Assembly: GCF_009914755.1 (NCBI RefSeq) | Contig: NC_060930.1 | Reading direction: 5' to 3' (one strand) | Source: the human T2T-CHM13v2.0 reference genome, Homo sapiens | Length of the DNA: 64,000 nt | Shown: piece after piece, positions 1-12,213 of the stretch | How positions within the stretch are numbered: the stretch's first letter is position 1 | Layout: each line of letters begins with the position of its first letter | The notes under the pieces: generated by a model | Seen by the model: the letters and a program-made list of their open reading frames with translations, nothing else | Told to the model about the DNA's origin: nothing | Databases searched by the model: none | Made by a program: the position numbers and the translations under genes

Positions 1-345
1 TGGATGGAGCTGGAGGACATTACCCTTAGCAAACTAACACAGGAACAGAAAATCAAATACTGTATGTCCCACTTATAAATGGGAGTTAAATGATGAGAAC
101 ACATAGACATGTAGAAGGGAACAATGTTCACTGGGGCCTACCAGAGGGCGGAGGATGGGAAGGATGAGAGGATGGAGAGGATTAGGAAGAATAACTTATG
201 GGCACTGGGCTTAATACCTGGGTGATGAAATAATCTGTGCAACAAACCCCATTATGCATGGGTTTTTTTTTTTTAACCTGTGTAACAAATCTGCACATCC
301 TGCACATGTATCCCTGAACTTAAAAGTTAAAAAAATATAAAAAAT
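1..345 (+). mobile_element. L1 3' UTR end (older L1PA/L1PB type), continues off the left edge of the window
   Basis: TGGATGGAGCTGGAGG...CTTAGCAAACTAACACAGGAACAGAAA...CATGTATCCCTGAACTTAAAAG plus A-rich tail matches the primate L1 3' UTR. Confidence 0.85.
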
Positions 346-2270
346 ACAAGTAATTCTGAGGTACAGATGAGCCTGACTGTGTAACTCATCCTTTAGCATG
401 CTAACCCGCATTAAGTTGATGCTTTTGGTGCCGGGAACCTCACGTCTCCTCCTCTTCTGGAATAGCCTAGAGAGGAAGCTCTTCTTCTGTGTTTAGAGGG
501 AAGGTATCTCCTTCAGTAAGCACTGTGCTGGCCCTGAAGAGTCTTCCTACCCTCTTCCTGCCCCCTACTGCCACTCCCACCCCACCAGCGTGGAACTTCG
601 TGTGTATTCAAAGGTCCAGTTTGAATTACTGTGAGGCCAGTGGCTAGAAAGCAGTGTAGTTGGGACTGGAGATTCACATGCCTGGCTCTTCTCCCAAGCT
701 TCAACTGTAGCTCTTGAGCAGCAGCTTCCTCTGAGCTTCTAAAAAATGCCCAGAAAATTGCCCAGCCAACCACATTTCCTGGCAAGCATAGCACCAGGCA
801 TATGGTCAGTTTGAGTGCTATTAGATAGGCTTTAGAACTTCCAAGGGATCATTGGTTTGATTGTCATTGTATCCACCAATCACCCAACATCTTTGACCCA
901 CGACAATTTGCCAGACACTATGCTTGGCACTCTGAGGAATAAAAAGAGTAAGACAGATCCCTAGCCTTTTCTAATCTATCTATCTAATGGAGATATGGCA
1001 AAGCACCTAACAAAGTCACTACCCATTAGAGTTGTGAATAGTGGTAATAATAATTATTTTTGAAAATCTAAGAAAAGAGAGCATGTGCTAGAATAGGTAA
1101 GGAGGGCTTCACTGAGAAGATGGAGTTGGAATTGAATCTCGAAAGCTGGATTTGTTTTGGATAAGTAGAGAAGAGTTAAGAAGCAAAAGTATGAACAAAA
1201 TCTTTTTTTGAGAATGTTCCAAAAGGAAGTAGGCAAGAAGAATGGTAATAAGGTTGGCAAGATTGGTTAGGAAAATTGTTTTTTAGTCCTGTATATAACA
1301 ACTTTAGAGAATATTTACTATAAGTTAGGCATCATACTAGGAGCTGGATATATGATAAACAAAACAGACCAAGTTCTCACCCCCTTAGAGCTTACCTTAC
1401 AGTTGGAGAGGTTGTCAATAAATAGGTGAGCCAATTACTAAGTAATTCTCAAATCCATGGTGCTATGAAGGAAACGTCCTGCTGCAGGAAGTGTGGAAAC
1501 CTAGGTAGCACCCTGGGAATGGCCACGCTAAGGAGAAGCACTTAAACTGAAAGCTGATGGGTAACAAGGACCCAGTCTTTACAGGTGTTGAGGAGAAGCT
1601 CATTCTAGGTAAAGACAATGGGATACAAGAAGGTGCTAAGAAGGGATGAGTTTTGCATATTTAATATACTAAAACTATGCCAGGGAGGTTGATTGCATAG
1701 GGTCTTAGTGCTAATTGTTTTAACTTCTTTCTTATCATGGAGTTTGTAGGATTCTTGACAATTTAGTATTGAAGTAATCATATAATCAATACTAAGAATA
1801 AAATGCATGTGAATGATGACTCTTACACATTACTACGTAAATGAAATAACCTGTACAACAGATCATAAGCCAGAGGAAGTTAAGACAATGAATATGATCT
1901 TGATCATCCAGAATTTAAAAGAGACAGTGTATGATATACATTTACTTTTTAAAATTTAGACACTTTGAGTTATAAATAAGAATTGGTCCACTTGGTGTGA
2001 AATTATGATCTTTTGGTAATACAGAAAATATATTGATGAAGAAAAAGAATATATTTTAAGTTTAAATTATAATGTACATTTTCTGTACCATAAGAGACAC
2101 TAGTGGTATTGATACATTAATCCGTAAGGTAAGATATTGGAAGATGACCAAAATATAGATCAAGTTCCTTATTATGGTGTTCAGTAATATGTGAAAGTAA
2201 GAGTGGTACCATAAAGTTCAGTCAAGTCTAGACTAGAAAAATATCCAAAGCAGTTTAGACTACGAACATC

Positions 2271-2366
2271 TTTTTTTTTTCTTTTCTTTTCTTTTTTTTT
2301 GAGACAGAGGCTCGCTCTGTCGCCAGGCTGGAGTGCAGTGGCGTGATCTCGGCTCACTGCCAAGCT
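2271..2366 (-). mobile_element. Short 3' fragment of an Alu
   Basis: T tract then GAGACAGAGGCTCGCTCTGTCGCCAGGCTGGAGTGCAGTGGCGTGATCTCGGCTCACTGC. Confidence 0.9.
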
Positions 2367-2416
2367 GTTGACCTTAGTTAGTGATTCAGAAGTAACATTT
2401 AAATAATTGGGTATGA

Positions 2417-2464
2417 GTATGTGTGTGTGTATGTGAATGTGTTTATGTATATGTGTCTGTGTGT
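2417..2464. repeat. Degenerate (TG)n microsatellite
   Basis: gtatgtgtgtgtgtatgtgaatgtgt... Confidence 0.6.
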
Positions 2465-4062
2465 AAAAAGTTATTTGACCCATCAGACCTTTGAGTGCAA
2501 ACACGTGCAGGAAGCCAAGTTTAAGGAAATTAATGGAACATAATTACAACACTCACCAGAAAAGCAAGGATTTGAGTAACCTAGGGATTGGATGCACAGT
2601 TTATCCCAAAAAAATTTTTAAATCCAAAAGTGAAAATAATTCCATTATTAATGTTTTAGAAGAATAAATCCAGAGCATTATAATACTTTGGTTAATACTC
2701 TCCAAATTATTGTGTATATGTACTGCAAATTATACAGAAAAAAAATTTTAATTTTCCAATGGATTCTTATCCTTTCATCCTTTCATTTGTGATGTTAACA
2801 CTTGCAGGATGAGAAGTTAGATGATAATAGTTGGACTTTATATTCCTTCATTTGTGCAAAACCTTGAAAACTTTCATAAATTAAACCTCTTGCTGCCCTT
2901 GGAAAATCACAAAATGCAGTACAATTCCTCTAGCGTCTTTTACCATGTTCTGTGCTGGCCAGACATTTAGTTCTATTTAAAATCCACTTACGTATATTTT
3001 AAATATTAATTCTCTGGCCATGCCTAGTATGCAAGCACTCTGGTACAAGATTCTAGAGTGTTAATATGCTGCCAACTTGGACCTTATTCAAAACTATATT
3101 GAGACAGTTTGTGATTCTCTAATTCATTATCTGTAGTTAGACTATCCATATCTTTTTAGTAAAAGAGAAGAAGGCTTATATATTAGCATATGCAACACAT
3201 AGAAAAATGAAGTATAAACCTTTCAGGGTACTCTAAACCTTGTAATTTTTAAAGAAACAATGTTATACACACACCATTTTTGTTTGACTAAATATGGTAT
3301 ATTTTAACCGTGAACACGTTGAATGCATTCCAGTGTGTCAAATGATATTTTAAATGTAAATAGAGGTGAATGTGCCTGAGAATACTCTTTGGGAGGTGGG
3401 GCTGTTTTGGGGTTCTGTTTTACTTTGCTGACACTGCTGCATGATTCTGTGATTAACAAGCATATTTCTGGTGCTATCATATGGAAAAGTTAGCATTTAT
3501 TCTCCCTTAACATTTTATTGGCATCTTTGATGTGTTATAAAACAGGCATTTACTACTGAGTAGCTAAGCATTTCTCCCTCTTTGTTTCTTTAATTAACGT
3601 ATTGATCTAAAACAAATCTATAGGATCAAGCTTATTGAGGCAGACAGCCTGTTTGTCTCTCAAGAGATCATTGCTGCACTCCACACACTTTTTCAGTAAA
3701 TAAAATATGGACAAAACTGCAACATGTGGAGGCTGAAGATTCCATTAAGGACTTTTGGCATCTGTACCTTAAAGATATTTCAAAAATAATTGTGCTTTAT
3801 TGCTTCTTCTCTGCCATAGCATATAACAAGCGTTTTTTAAAAGACCAAATACAGCTCTCTGATTTCCATTTAATGGAAGAAGTAATAAAGTTTAATTGTA
3901 TACGTGAGCATGGGGCATCATTTGCAATACATCTGATCAATAATTCATCGATTGCCGTTGGCTCAAAGTAATATTTGAAAGAAAATGCAGCCAGTGGGAG
4001 CTTATCTAGCTGTAGCTTCATCATCTCTATTAATTATGTGTTTCCCGAATTTGGATCATTAG

Positions 4063-4174
4063 GCTACCAAAGTGACAGCAGATGGCGAGCAGACCGGACA
4101 GGATGCTGAGAGGACCAACACAAGAGCAAAGTCCCTGGGAGAATTCATTAAGGAGCTTGCCCGGGATGCAGAAG
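4063..4174 (+). CDS. LAMA2: LAMA2 coding exon (probably exon 35), 112 nt, phase 0->1
   Basis: cattag|GCT ACC AAA GTG...GCA GAA G|gtatta; translates ATKVTADGEQTGQDAERTNTRAKSLGEFIKELARDAE, recognised as the laminin alpha-2 coiled coil. Confidence 0.97.
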
Positions 4175-5970
4175 GTATTAGAAAGAATCACATTTTAATC
4201 ATCATTTCTCCCAACAGAAAAACACAGAAAGGGATGACACAGGACTGGAATTTCTCTTGTTATAAGTGACATCTGTAAAATCAAAGGTAGAGTTTCAAAA
4301 AGTAGTGTGGTTAAGATATTCAAGGGTATTATCTGCTGAGAACCTGTGACCTGCAGTGTTAAATTAGCGACAATAGTGAATTAGTGACAATGAGGGCAGA
4401 ATAGCAGTAAATTCTTGTAACATGGCTATTATAATTACATAAGAATAGGCAACTTTTGTTTTGTTATTGTTTTTATTTGAAAGTATTTAAAGTATTTTTC
4501 ATTTTCAAGCAAGCTAATGTCATCATTCCACTTGATACATTAAAGCAGCACTTTAGTTTCTCCAAATGGCTTTTCAAATACTGGGGACTGGTTTTTAATG
4601 AACATCTGTTGCTTGGGATTTGGATGTGCTACTTTATGAGAAGCTCTGGTGCATTTAGCTCACAATTCTCTAGGAGTTAGTTCTTGCCATCTACTAACAT
4701 GAATGAGAAAGTGGAAGCCATTTTTTGGCAAAAGCCCAAATTAAGAAACTTAAAGAATACAGATAATGCCCCATCCGCACTCGCCCCCCAAAAAAACCTA
4801 GTCCTTAAATATCTGTTAAAATATAATAAACGTGCATGCATGTTTAGAAATTGGGAAAAATGCTTTTTGTTGTTTTTTGCTTGAAGCAGTAAAACATTTT
4901 TCTTGCTCTGCAATATTATGCATTTTAGATACTTTGCTTCATAATGTAGCCAAATAAATAAGGATGTGAGATCAACTTCAAGGCAGATTCTGACTGATAA
5001 TTCTTAGGCATCACTGGCCAAGAAGAGACAAACTCCCAAATGTTCACCACTGCAAGAAGCAACAGGGTTTTAATTTGAGAGCTAATTTGAGGCAAAGGTG
5101 TGAGGTTCTGAAACAGAAATTATTTCTGCCAGAAAAATCTCAGTTAATTCATTGTGGTTTATCCTCTGCTAGATGAAGCTGTTGTACTTTCCCTAGTATT
5201 ATTTTCCATTAATGCTACTTGAAGTGTCCCCCTCCAACCCAAAACAACAACAACAACAAATCCCACTGCAGGTAGAGCACCTTCACTCTGAGCGGATCCC
5301 CAAAGGCCCTAGTCAATGCTCCAGGAACTTTCCTTTTCTTTCCATTGACATTTCAAACACCCAACACCTAGCAGCCCATCCTGGGGACTCATTTTCAATT
5401 TGTTTCAATCAAACACTGGTATGAGAATAAATGCTAGCATATGTTTTAGTAGATCCTATTATCAACACTGCTTACTTTGTTCTCTGCAATGAACCTTCCA
5501 TCTCCCACCAAAGAGAGATGCATATTCATGGTTACCTCTTTGGTCAATATGAATATTTGCTTCTTCTGGGTGCCTAGGGCCTCTAGGTACTATTTGTACA
5601 ATTTGTGGACCAACAGGGGTAGACTGGAGATGGAGATTTATCCCAGGCTTGCTCACCACCCCAAATCCCACGTCTATACACCAGAGAAAGGATTACCCAT
5701 CACCAAAGGTGTCTCTCATTCCCTAAATTATGCATAGATCAGGTGGTCTGATTGTGTCTGTCCAGATAGGGCACCCTTTTCTAATTTATGTGAAGTGCCA
5801 TGTGGGATAGCTATACTTTAGGGAAATAAGAACACCACTCACTTTTGCCTGCAGGCACTATTTGGTAGAATTAATCCAACTGTTAAAATTGAATGAAAGG
5901 TCAAATTTAAATTGTACCAGAGCAACACTAAATGTTCATTGAGATGTAATACAAAGCTTGGCAGTTTAAT

Positions 5971-7422
5971 GGAGAAAAAAAGAGAAAGTGGGGGAAGGAA
6001 GGGAGGGGAGGGAAGGAAGAGAGGGGAGGGAGGAAAAAGGAAGGAAGGGAGGGAGGGAGGAGAGGGAAGGAAGGGAGGGGAGGGAGGAAAAAGGAAGGAA
6101 GGAAGGAGGGTAAGGGAGGGAGGGGGAAGGAAGGGAGGAAAGGAGGAAGAGAAGGATGAAGGGAGGAAGGAAGGAAGGGGAAGGAAGGAGGAAGGGAGGG
6201 AGGGAAGGAGGGAAGAAGGGAGGAAGGGAAGGAGGGAAGGTGGAAGGAAGGAAGGAAAAGAAGGAAGGAAGGAGGGAGGGAAGCAGGAAGGAAGGAGGGA
6301 GAGGAAGGAACAGAAAGGAAAAAAAGGAGGGGAGGGAGGAAGGAAGGAACAAAGGAAGGAAGAAAGAAAGGAGGGAGGGAGGGAGGGAGGAAGGAGGAAA
6401 AGGAGGGAGGGAGGAAGGAAGGAACAAAGGAAGGAAGAAAGAAAGGAAGGAAGGAGGGAGGGAGGAAGGAAGGAACGAAGGAAGGAAGAAAGAAAGGAAG
6501 GAGGGAGGGAGGGAGGAAGGAACAAAGGAAGGAAGAAAGAAAGGAAGGAGGGAGGGAGGGAGGAAGGAGGAAAAGGAGGGAGGGAGGAAGGAAGGAACAA
6601 AGGAAGGAAGAAAGAAAGGAAGGAAGGAGGGAGGGAGGAAGGAAGGAAGGAACAAAGGAAGGAAGAAAGAAAGGAAGGAGGGAGGGAGGGAGGAAGGAGG
6701 AAAAGGAGGGAGGGAGGAAGGAAGGAACAAAGGAAGGAAGAAAGAAAGGAAGGAAGGAGGGAGGGAGGAAGGAAGGAACGAAGGAAGAAAGAAAGGAGGG
6801 AGGGAGGGAGGGAGGAAGGAACAAAGGAAGGAAGAAAGAAAGGAAGGAGGGAGGGAGGGAGGAAGGAGGAAAAGGAGGGAGGGAGGAAGGAAGGAACAAA
6901 GGAAGGAAGAAAGAAAGGAAGGAAGGAGGGAGGGAGGAAGGAAGGAACGAAGGAAGGAAGAAAGAAAGGAAGGAGGGAGGGAGGGAGGAAGGAGGAAAAG
7001 GAGGGAGGGAGGAAGGAAGGAACAAAGGAAGAAAGAAAGGAGGGAGGGAGGGAGGAAGGAAGGAACAAAGGAAGGAAGAAAGGAAGGAAGGAGGGAGGGA
7101 GGGAGGAAGGAGGAAAAGGAGGGAGGGAGGGAGGGAGGAAGGAAGGAAGAAAGGGCAGAAGGAAGGAAGGGGGAAGGGAGGGAAGAAAGGAAGGGAAAGG
7201 AGGGAGGGAGGAAGGAAGGAACAGAGGGAGGAAAGGGGAAGGGAGAGAGGAAAGAAGGAAGGGAAAGGAGGGAGGAAGGAAGAAAGGAAATGGAAAGAAG
7301 GAAGGAAAGAGGAAGGGGGGGAAAGAAGGAAGGGAAAGGAGGGAGGGAGGAAGAAAAGAAGAAAAGGGAAGGAAGGAAGGAAGGAAGGAAGGGGAAATAA
7401 GAAAGGGAGGGACGGAAGGAAG
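5971..7422. repeat. Polypurine (GGAA/GGAG/GAAA)n low-complexity tract with an internal VNTR
   Basis: Almost pure A/G on the + strand; no T between 6242 and 7290. Confidence 0.98.
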
Positions 7423-9194
7423 GACTCACCAAAGGCTTTAAAGTAGGTTATACTGTATATCCACACCTCTTTTTCTCTCTCTCTAAACTATAATAATGAG
7501 GGATAACCATCAGTACTTTTACATTTTTGTTTGTCAGTTGTAATAAATTGCTGTGGGAAAAGTAAATGCTTCAGACTGACATTTATCTATTTCAGCTTTA
7601 TGTTTGGATAGATGTACTATTCATCCTATCTTTCATTATGAGTCATGACCTCGTTATAGATAATCACCTTCTATTCATCTAAGGCATTCTTATCTCACTA
7701 TAATTTTATAATATCTACCGTGCTATGACTCCTGATTAGTTCATAAATAAACTGTTTTATTCCACGCATTATTAGAATTAATGAGTGGACATAGGTAAAC
7801 CCATTAGTGTTTATTTCCTGACATACAATAGGACTTAATCAATGATAGACACCTTTCCTTCCTGTTTCTCAGATCAGAGTATTACTTTCTATTCTTAATA
7901 AATTTACCCATCAGAGGATTTTGTTTTCAGTCTTAGTATGAAAACAGTTTTGCTTCTCCTGAGGAATTTTTACTTACCTTTATAGATACTGTATGCCTCT
8001 TAAGAATCCTATTTGTATTCCCTGCTACGCGTAGTCTACTAAGATGCTTAGTAGTGGACTTAGGATGCACTGCATTGAACGTTATGGCATGGTTTTCTGT
8101 CTACTAATTCTTTCCCTAATTTATACAACTTTTTTTTTTACCTGTAGTGCTATTTCCTTTTATTTTAATTTTATCTGATATTAGGATTTTTAAAAAATTA
8201 CCTAAATCCTCCTTTGAATTAAGTTGGAAATAAATAAGTAAATTCCAAAGATACATCTTTTACAATCATTTTCAATACTGTGGGAAAGAAAATATATTGA
8301 AGTGATAGTGCATACTTTTGAATAAGAGATGAAAAACACATTCATCTTTAAGAATGCTCAGAGAAGTTCCAGATCCTATTTATACATAGGATCTGGAACT
8401 ATATATATGTATATAAACATAAAACTGTATGTTTATATATGTCTATAAAGAGTGAAACAGACTTCTATTAAAATGATGCTTCCTTTCCTTTTTTGGTGGG
8501 GGAGATTTCTAAGAAAATCATATTGCCTAGCAAGTGATAGATGCCTATGAGAGAAATGGAAAATGACAGCATTTTAAAATTTAACTTTCAGTAGAAAAAT
8601 AATGGAAATAAAAATTAAACTAGACAGTTCACCATACAAAAATAATGTTAAATGAGGGTAAGTAAAGCGCAGTGAAATAATCTGGAAAATAACTATAAAA
8701 CTTTAAAACACTAATAATAAATAAATGTTATCCAAATTAAACTGGCAAGTTTTAATGGGCCATGTGTAATTTATCTGTGTCCCGATGAGGCCATATTTTT
8801 CTCCAAAACCCATATCTAAAATTTGTTTTTCATAATGAAGATAAAGTAGCACACATACCAAAAACCCATTTGAAAGATGCTCTCATTTAATCCAAAAAGA
8901 TACTGAAGGCCCATGTCCATTTTGGGGAGCTTGTATTTTTTTTACATAACATGGGTTGCAACAAAAAGCTGGCCATGGAATAGCAGTTTATTCCATAAGC
9001 AGCCAATATATTTGCTAAAATGTTTGTTCTTTTGGTCCTAACCACATTGAAATCTTCTGGGACTATTTCAATAACAGTAATTGCAACAATTGATAATATC
9101 CAACTGGAAAAAAAAAAACAACCTCATGACTGAGCTGCACAGTGATGTCCTATAGAAACTTTATGGGGTATGTGTTATATGTTTTGATGTTTTT

Positions 9195-10407
9195 CTTTTT
9201 TTTATTCTCATGTTTTTATTTTCCTTTTTACTTTAAGTTCTGGGATGCATGCACAGAATGTTCAGGTTTGTTGCATAGGTATACCTGTGCCATGGTGGTT
9301 TGCTGCACCTATCAACCCATCAAAAGAAGACATTTATGCAGCCAACAAACATATGAAAAAAGCTCATCACCACTGATCATTAGAGAAATGCAAGTCAAAA
9401 CCACAATGAGATAACATATGACACCAGTCAGATTGGTAATTATTAAAAAGTCAGGAAACAATAGATGCTGGCAAGGCTGTGGAGAAGTAGAAACACTTTT
9501 ACACTGTTGGTGGGAATGTAAATTAGTTTAACCATTGTGGAAGACAGTGTGGCGATTCCTCAAGGATCCAGAACCAGAAATACCATTTGACCCAGCAACC
9601 CCATAACTGGGTATATACCCAAAGGAATATAAATCATTCTACTCTAAAGACACATATACAGTATGTTTATTGCAACACTATTTATGCAAAGAGATGGAAC
9701 CAACCCAAATGCCCATCAATGATAGATTAGGTAAAGAAAATGTGGTACATATACACCATGGAATACTATGCAGCCATAAAAAAGAATGATATCATGTCCT
9801 TTGCAGGGATATGGATGAAGCTGAAAGCTTCAGCATCCTCAGCAAACTAATCCAGGAATGGAAAACCAAACACCACATGTTCTCGCTCATAAGTGGGAGT
9901 TGAACAGTGAGAACACATGGACAAGGAGGGGAACAACACACACTGGAGTCTATTGGGGGTTGTGGGGAGAGGAAAAGGAAAGCATTAGGACAAATAGTTA
10001 ATGCATGAGGGGCTTTAAAACCTAGATGATGGGCTGGGCGTGGTGGCTCACTCCTGTAATCCCAGTACTTTGAGAGGCCAAGGCAGGCAGATCACCTGAG
10101 GTCAGGCGTTCAAGACCAGCCTGGCCAACATGGCAAAACCCCATCTCTACTAAAAATACAAAAATCAGCTGGGCACGGTGGCATGCGCTATAATTCCAGC
10201 TACTCGGGAGGCTGAGACAGTAGAATCGCTTGAACCCAGGAGGTGCGGTCGCAGTGAGCAGAAATTGTGCCACTGCACTCCAGCCTGGGCAACAGAGCAA
10301 GACTCCATCTCAAAAAAAAAAAAAACAAAAACAAACAAACAAAAAACTGGTTGACGGGTTGATAGGTGCAGCAAACCACCATGGCATATGTATTCCTATG
10401 TAACAAA
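9195..10407 (-). mobile_element. 5'-inverted L1PA (roughly PA7-PA10): 3' end on the minus strand (9195-9322) plus inverted ORF2-end/3'UTR part on the plus strand (9320-10407), interrupted by an Alu
   Basis: CTTTAAGTTCTGGGAT...GGTTTGCTGCACCTATCAACCCATCA is joined directly to AAAGAAGACATTTATGCAGCCAACAAACATATGAAAAAAGCTCATC. Confidence 0.88.
10032..10346 (+). mobile_element. AluS (Sx/Sz-like) nested in the L1
   Basis: Full dimer GGCTGGGCGTGGTGGCTCAC...; A/AAAC tail; degenerate TSD ctagatgatgg / ctggttgacgg. Confidence 0.95.
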
Positions 10408-10728
10408 GCTTGCTTTCTTAATACATGATCATTTTGCTAAAGTCATTTTTGTGCACCTTAATGATTGCTTCTTGTTTACAAATGGTTTTAATTTAAAGAA
10501 ATTATGTATGCCATCCAAAAGATACAGCCATATTTGCCTTTTCCCTTTCTCTATCTGTTGTCATTCTTTTTCCACCAGATTCTTCTCTGCAGAAGTTTAG
10601 CTTTGAGACCAGAGCACAAGAGAAATAGTGAGACTCTGTCTCTCATTTTTCCCTTCCTCTATACTGCCTAGGCCCAGAATCTAAATTAGATCAAATTTCA
10701 AAAGATATTTCTTATGAAAGCTGATTTA

Positions 10729-10762
10729 TACACGCACACACACACACGCGCGCACACACACA
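10729..10762. repeat. (CA)n/(CG)n microsatellite
   Basis: cacgcacacacacacacgcgcgcacacacaca. Confidence 0.8.
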
Positions 10763-11329
10763 TATTCATTTAACAAAGAAAAAACATACAGCTTTAGCAG
10801 GTTGGGAAGTGGCATTTATTAATATCATCTTCATTTTAAAAAGTGAGTACAAATTATATCAGTAGTTACTTACATGCTACAATTGGTTAAAGTCAGCTAT
10901 ACAGATAGCATGCACTCAGACTAAAGGATGAGATAGTACCATAGGTAGAGCCAAATCTGCTACTGCTTTCTTGAAATCTAAGAAGCAGAAAGCTTCTTAC
11001 ATTTAATCATTGGTACTCTGGAAGGCTTCCCACCTAGTTTGCTGGACCAGGGAGCTTTCAAACTAATCAGCCTATGGTTACTGTGATTCTGTAACAAAAT
11101 TGAGACACAGCCTAGGTGATGTATCTTACTGACAATAGTGGTGAAATATTGGGAGGATTCTTTGGCATATGTCAAGGTATAACTGTTAGGCAGTGGGTCA
11201 AGAAAGAGCCACCCTCACTAACTTCTAGGAATACAGCACCTGACAATAACTTCTACCACAGGGCTAGGAATGGCCATATTTGTTCTTTAAGACATGTGAT
11301 TCAAATATTTCTGCTAATTAAACCATGGC

Positions 11330-12082
11330 TGTCTTAGCCCATTTGGGCTGCTATAATGAAAATATCATAGATTTTGTGCCTTATAACTGAAATGCATTTC
11401 TCATTTGTGAAGGCTGAGAGGTCCAAGATCAAGGTGCTGGCTGGTTTGGTGCCTGGTAAGGAGCTGCTTCCTGGTTCAGAGATGGCTGTCTCCTTGTTAT
11501 AGTTTCATGTGGTAGAAAGGGCAAGGGGGTTATCTGGCATCCCTTTTATAAGAGCACTAATTTCATTCTTGCCCTTATGACCTAATCGCCTCTCAAAGGC
11601 TCTGTATTAATCTCTTCTCACGCTGCTATAAAGAACTACCTGAGACTGGGTAACTTATGAAGAAAAGACGTATAAATTGACCACAGTTCTGCAGGCTTAA
11701 CAAGAAGCATGACTAGGAGGCCTCAGGAAATTTACGATCATGGCAGAAGGCAAAGGGAAAGCAAGGACCTTCTTCACATAGTGGCAGGAAAGAGAGAGAA
11801 TGAAAGGGGAAGTGCCACATACCTTCGAACAACCTGATCTTGTGAGAATTTATTCACTATCACAAGAACAGCAAGGGGGGAGGTTTGCTCCCATGATTCA
11901 GTCACCACCCACCAGGCCCCTCCCTCAACATGTGGGTATTACAACTTGAGATGAGATTTGAGGTGGTCGGTGGGGGGACACAGAGAAAAACCATATCAGG
12001 CTCTGCCTCCAAATACCATCACATTGGGAATTAGGTTTCAACATATGAATTTGAGGAGAACATAAACATTCAATCTACAGCA
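11330..12082 (-). mobile_element. MaLR solo LTR (MSTD/MLT1A-like), split by a younger LTR
   Basis: TGTCTTAGCCCATTTGGGCTGCTATAA...CATTCAATCTACAGCA; flanks atggc/ttggc (4/5 TSD). Confidence 0.85.
11603..11998 (-). mobile_element. MaLR solo LTR (MSTA/MSTB-like) nested in the older MaLR LTR
   Basis: TGTATT...CTGCTATAAAGAACTACCTGAGACTGGG...AAACCATATCA; perfect 5-bp TSD GGCTC at 11598-11602 and 11999-12003. Confidence 0.92.
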
Positions 12083-12213
12083 TTGGCTATCAGGGTTAAA
12101 GTACTGACTACAGGAACTTTTAAACCAAAGACATATATAACGAAAAAAGAATTATAAAGATGCATTGTGGAAAGGGTATATTAGACATTGAAACTCAATT
12201 CTTTCTACTATCC

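Noticed and set aside
900-1700. Faint L2/MIR-like fragments (also near 17700-18130, 19440-19570, 27215-27280, 43540-43950)
   Set aside because: Probably real ancient repeats, but I cannot support boundaries or family by eye.
6301-7070. Repeat-spacer-like periodicity resembling a CRISPR array
   Set aside because: The intervening sequences are the same GGAA/GGAG units, not unique spacers; this is a human intron with no cas genes.
5839-7466. Five overlapping 400-510 aa ORFs (G/R/K/E-rich and P/S/F/L-rich)
   Set aside because: Artefact: a purine-only strand cannot contain stop codons, and neither can its complement. The translations are low complexity in all frames with no splice context.
10022-10406. 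ORFs with 'Alu-like protein' translations (also at 18796, 24136, 52165, 52796, 63349)
   Set aside because: Antisense Alu read-through, not genes.
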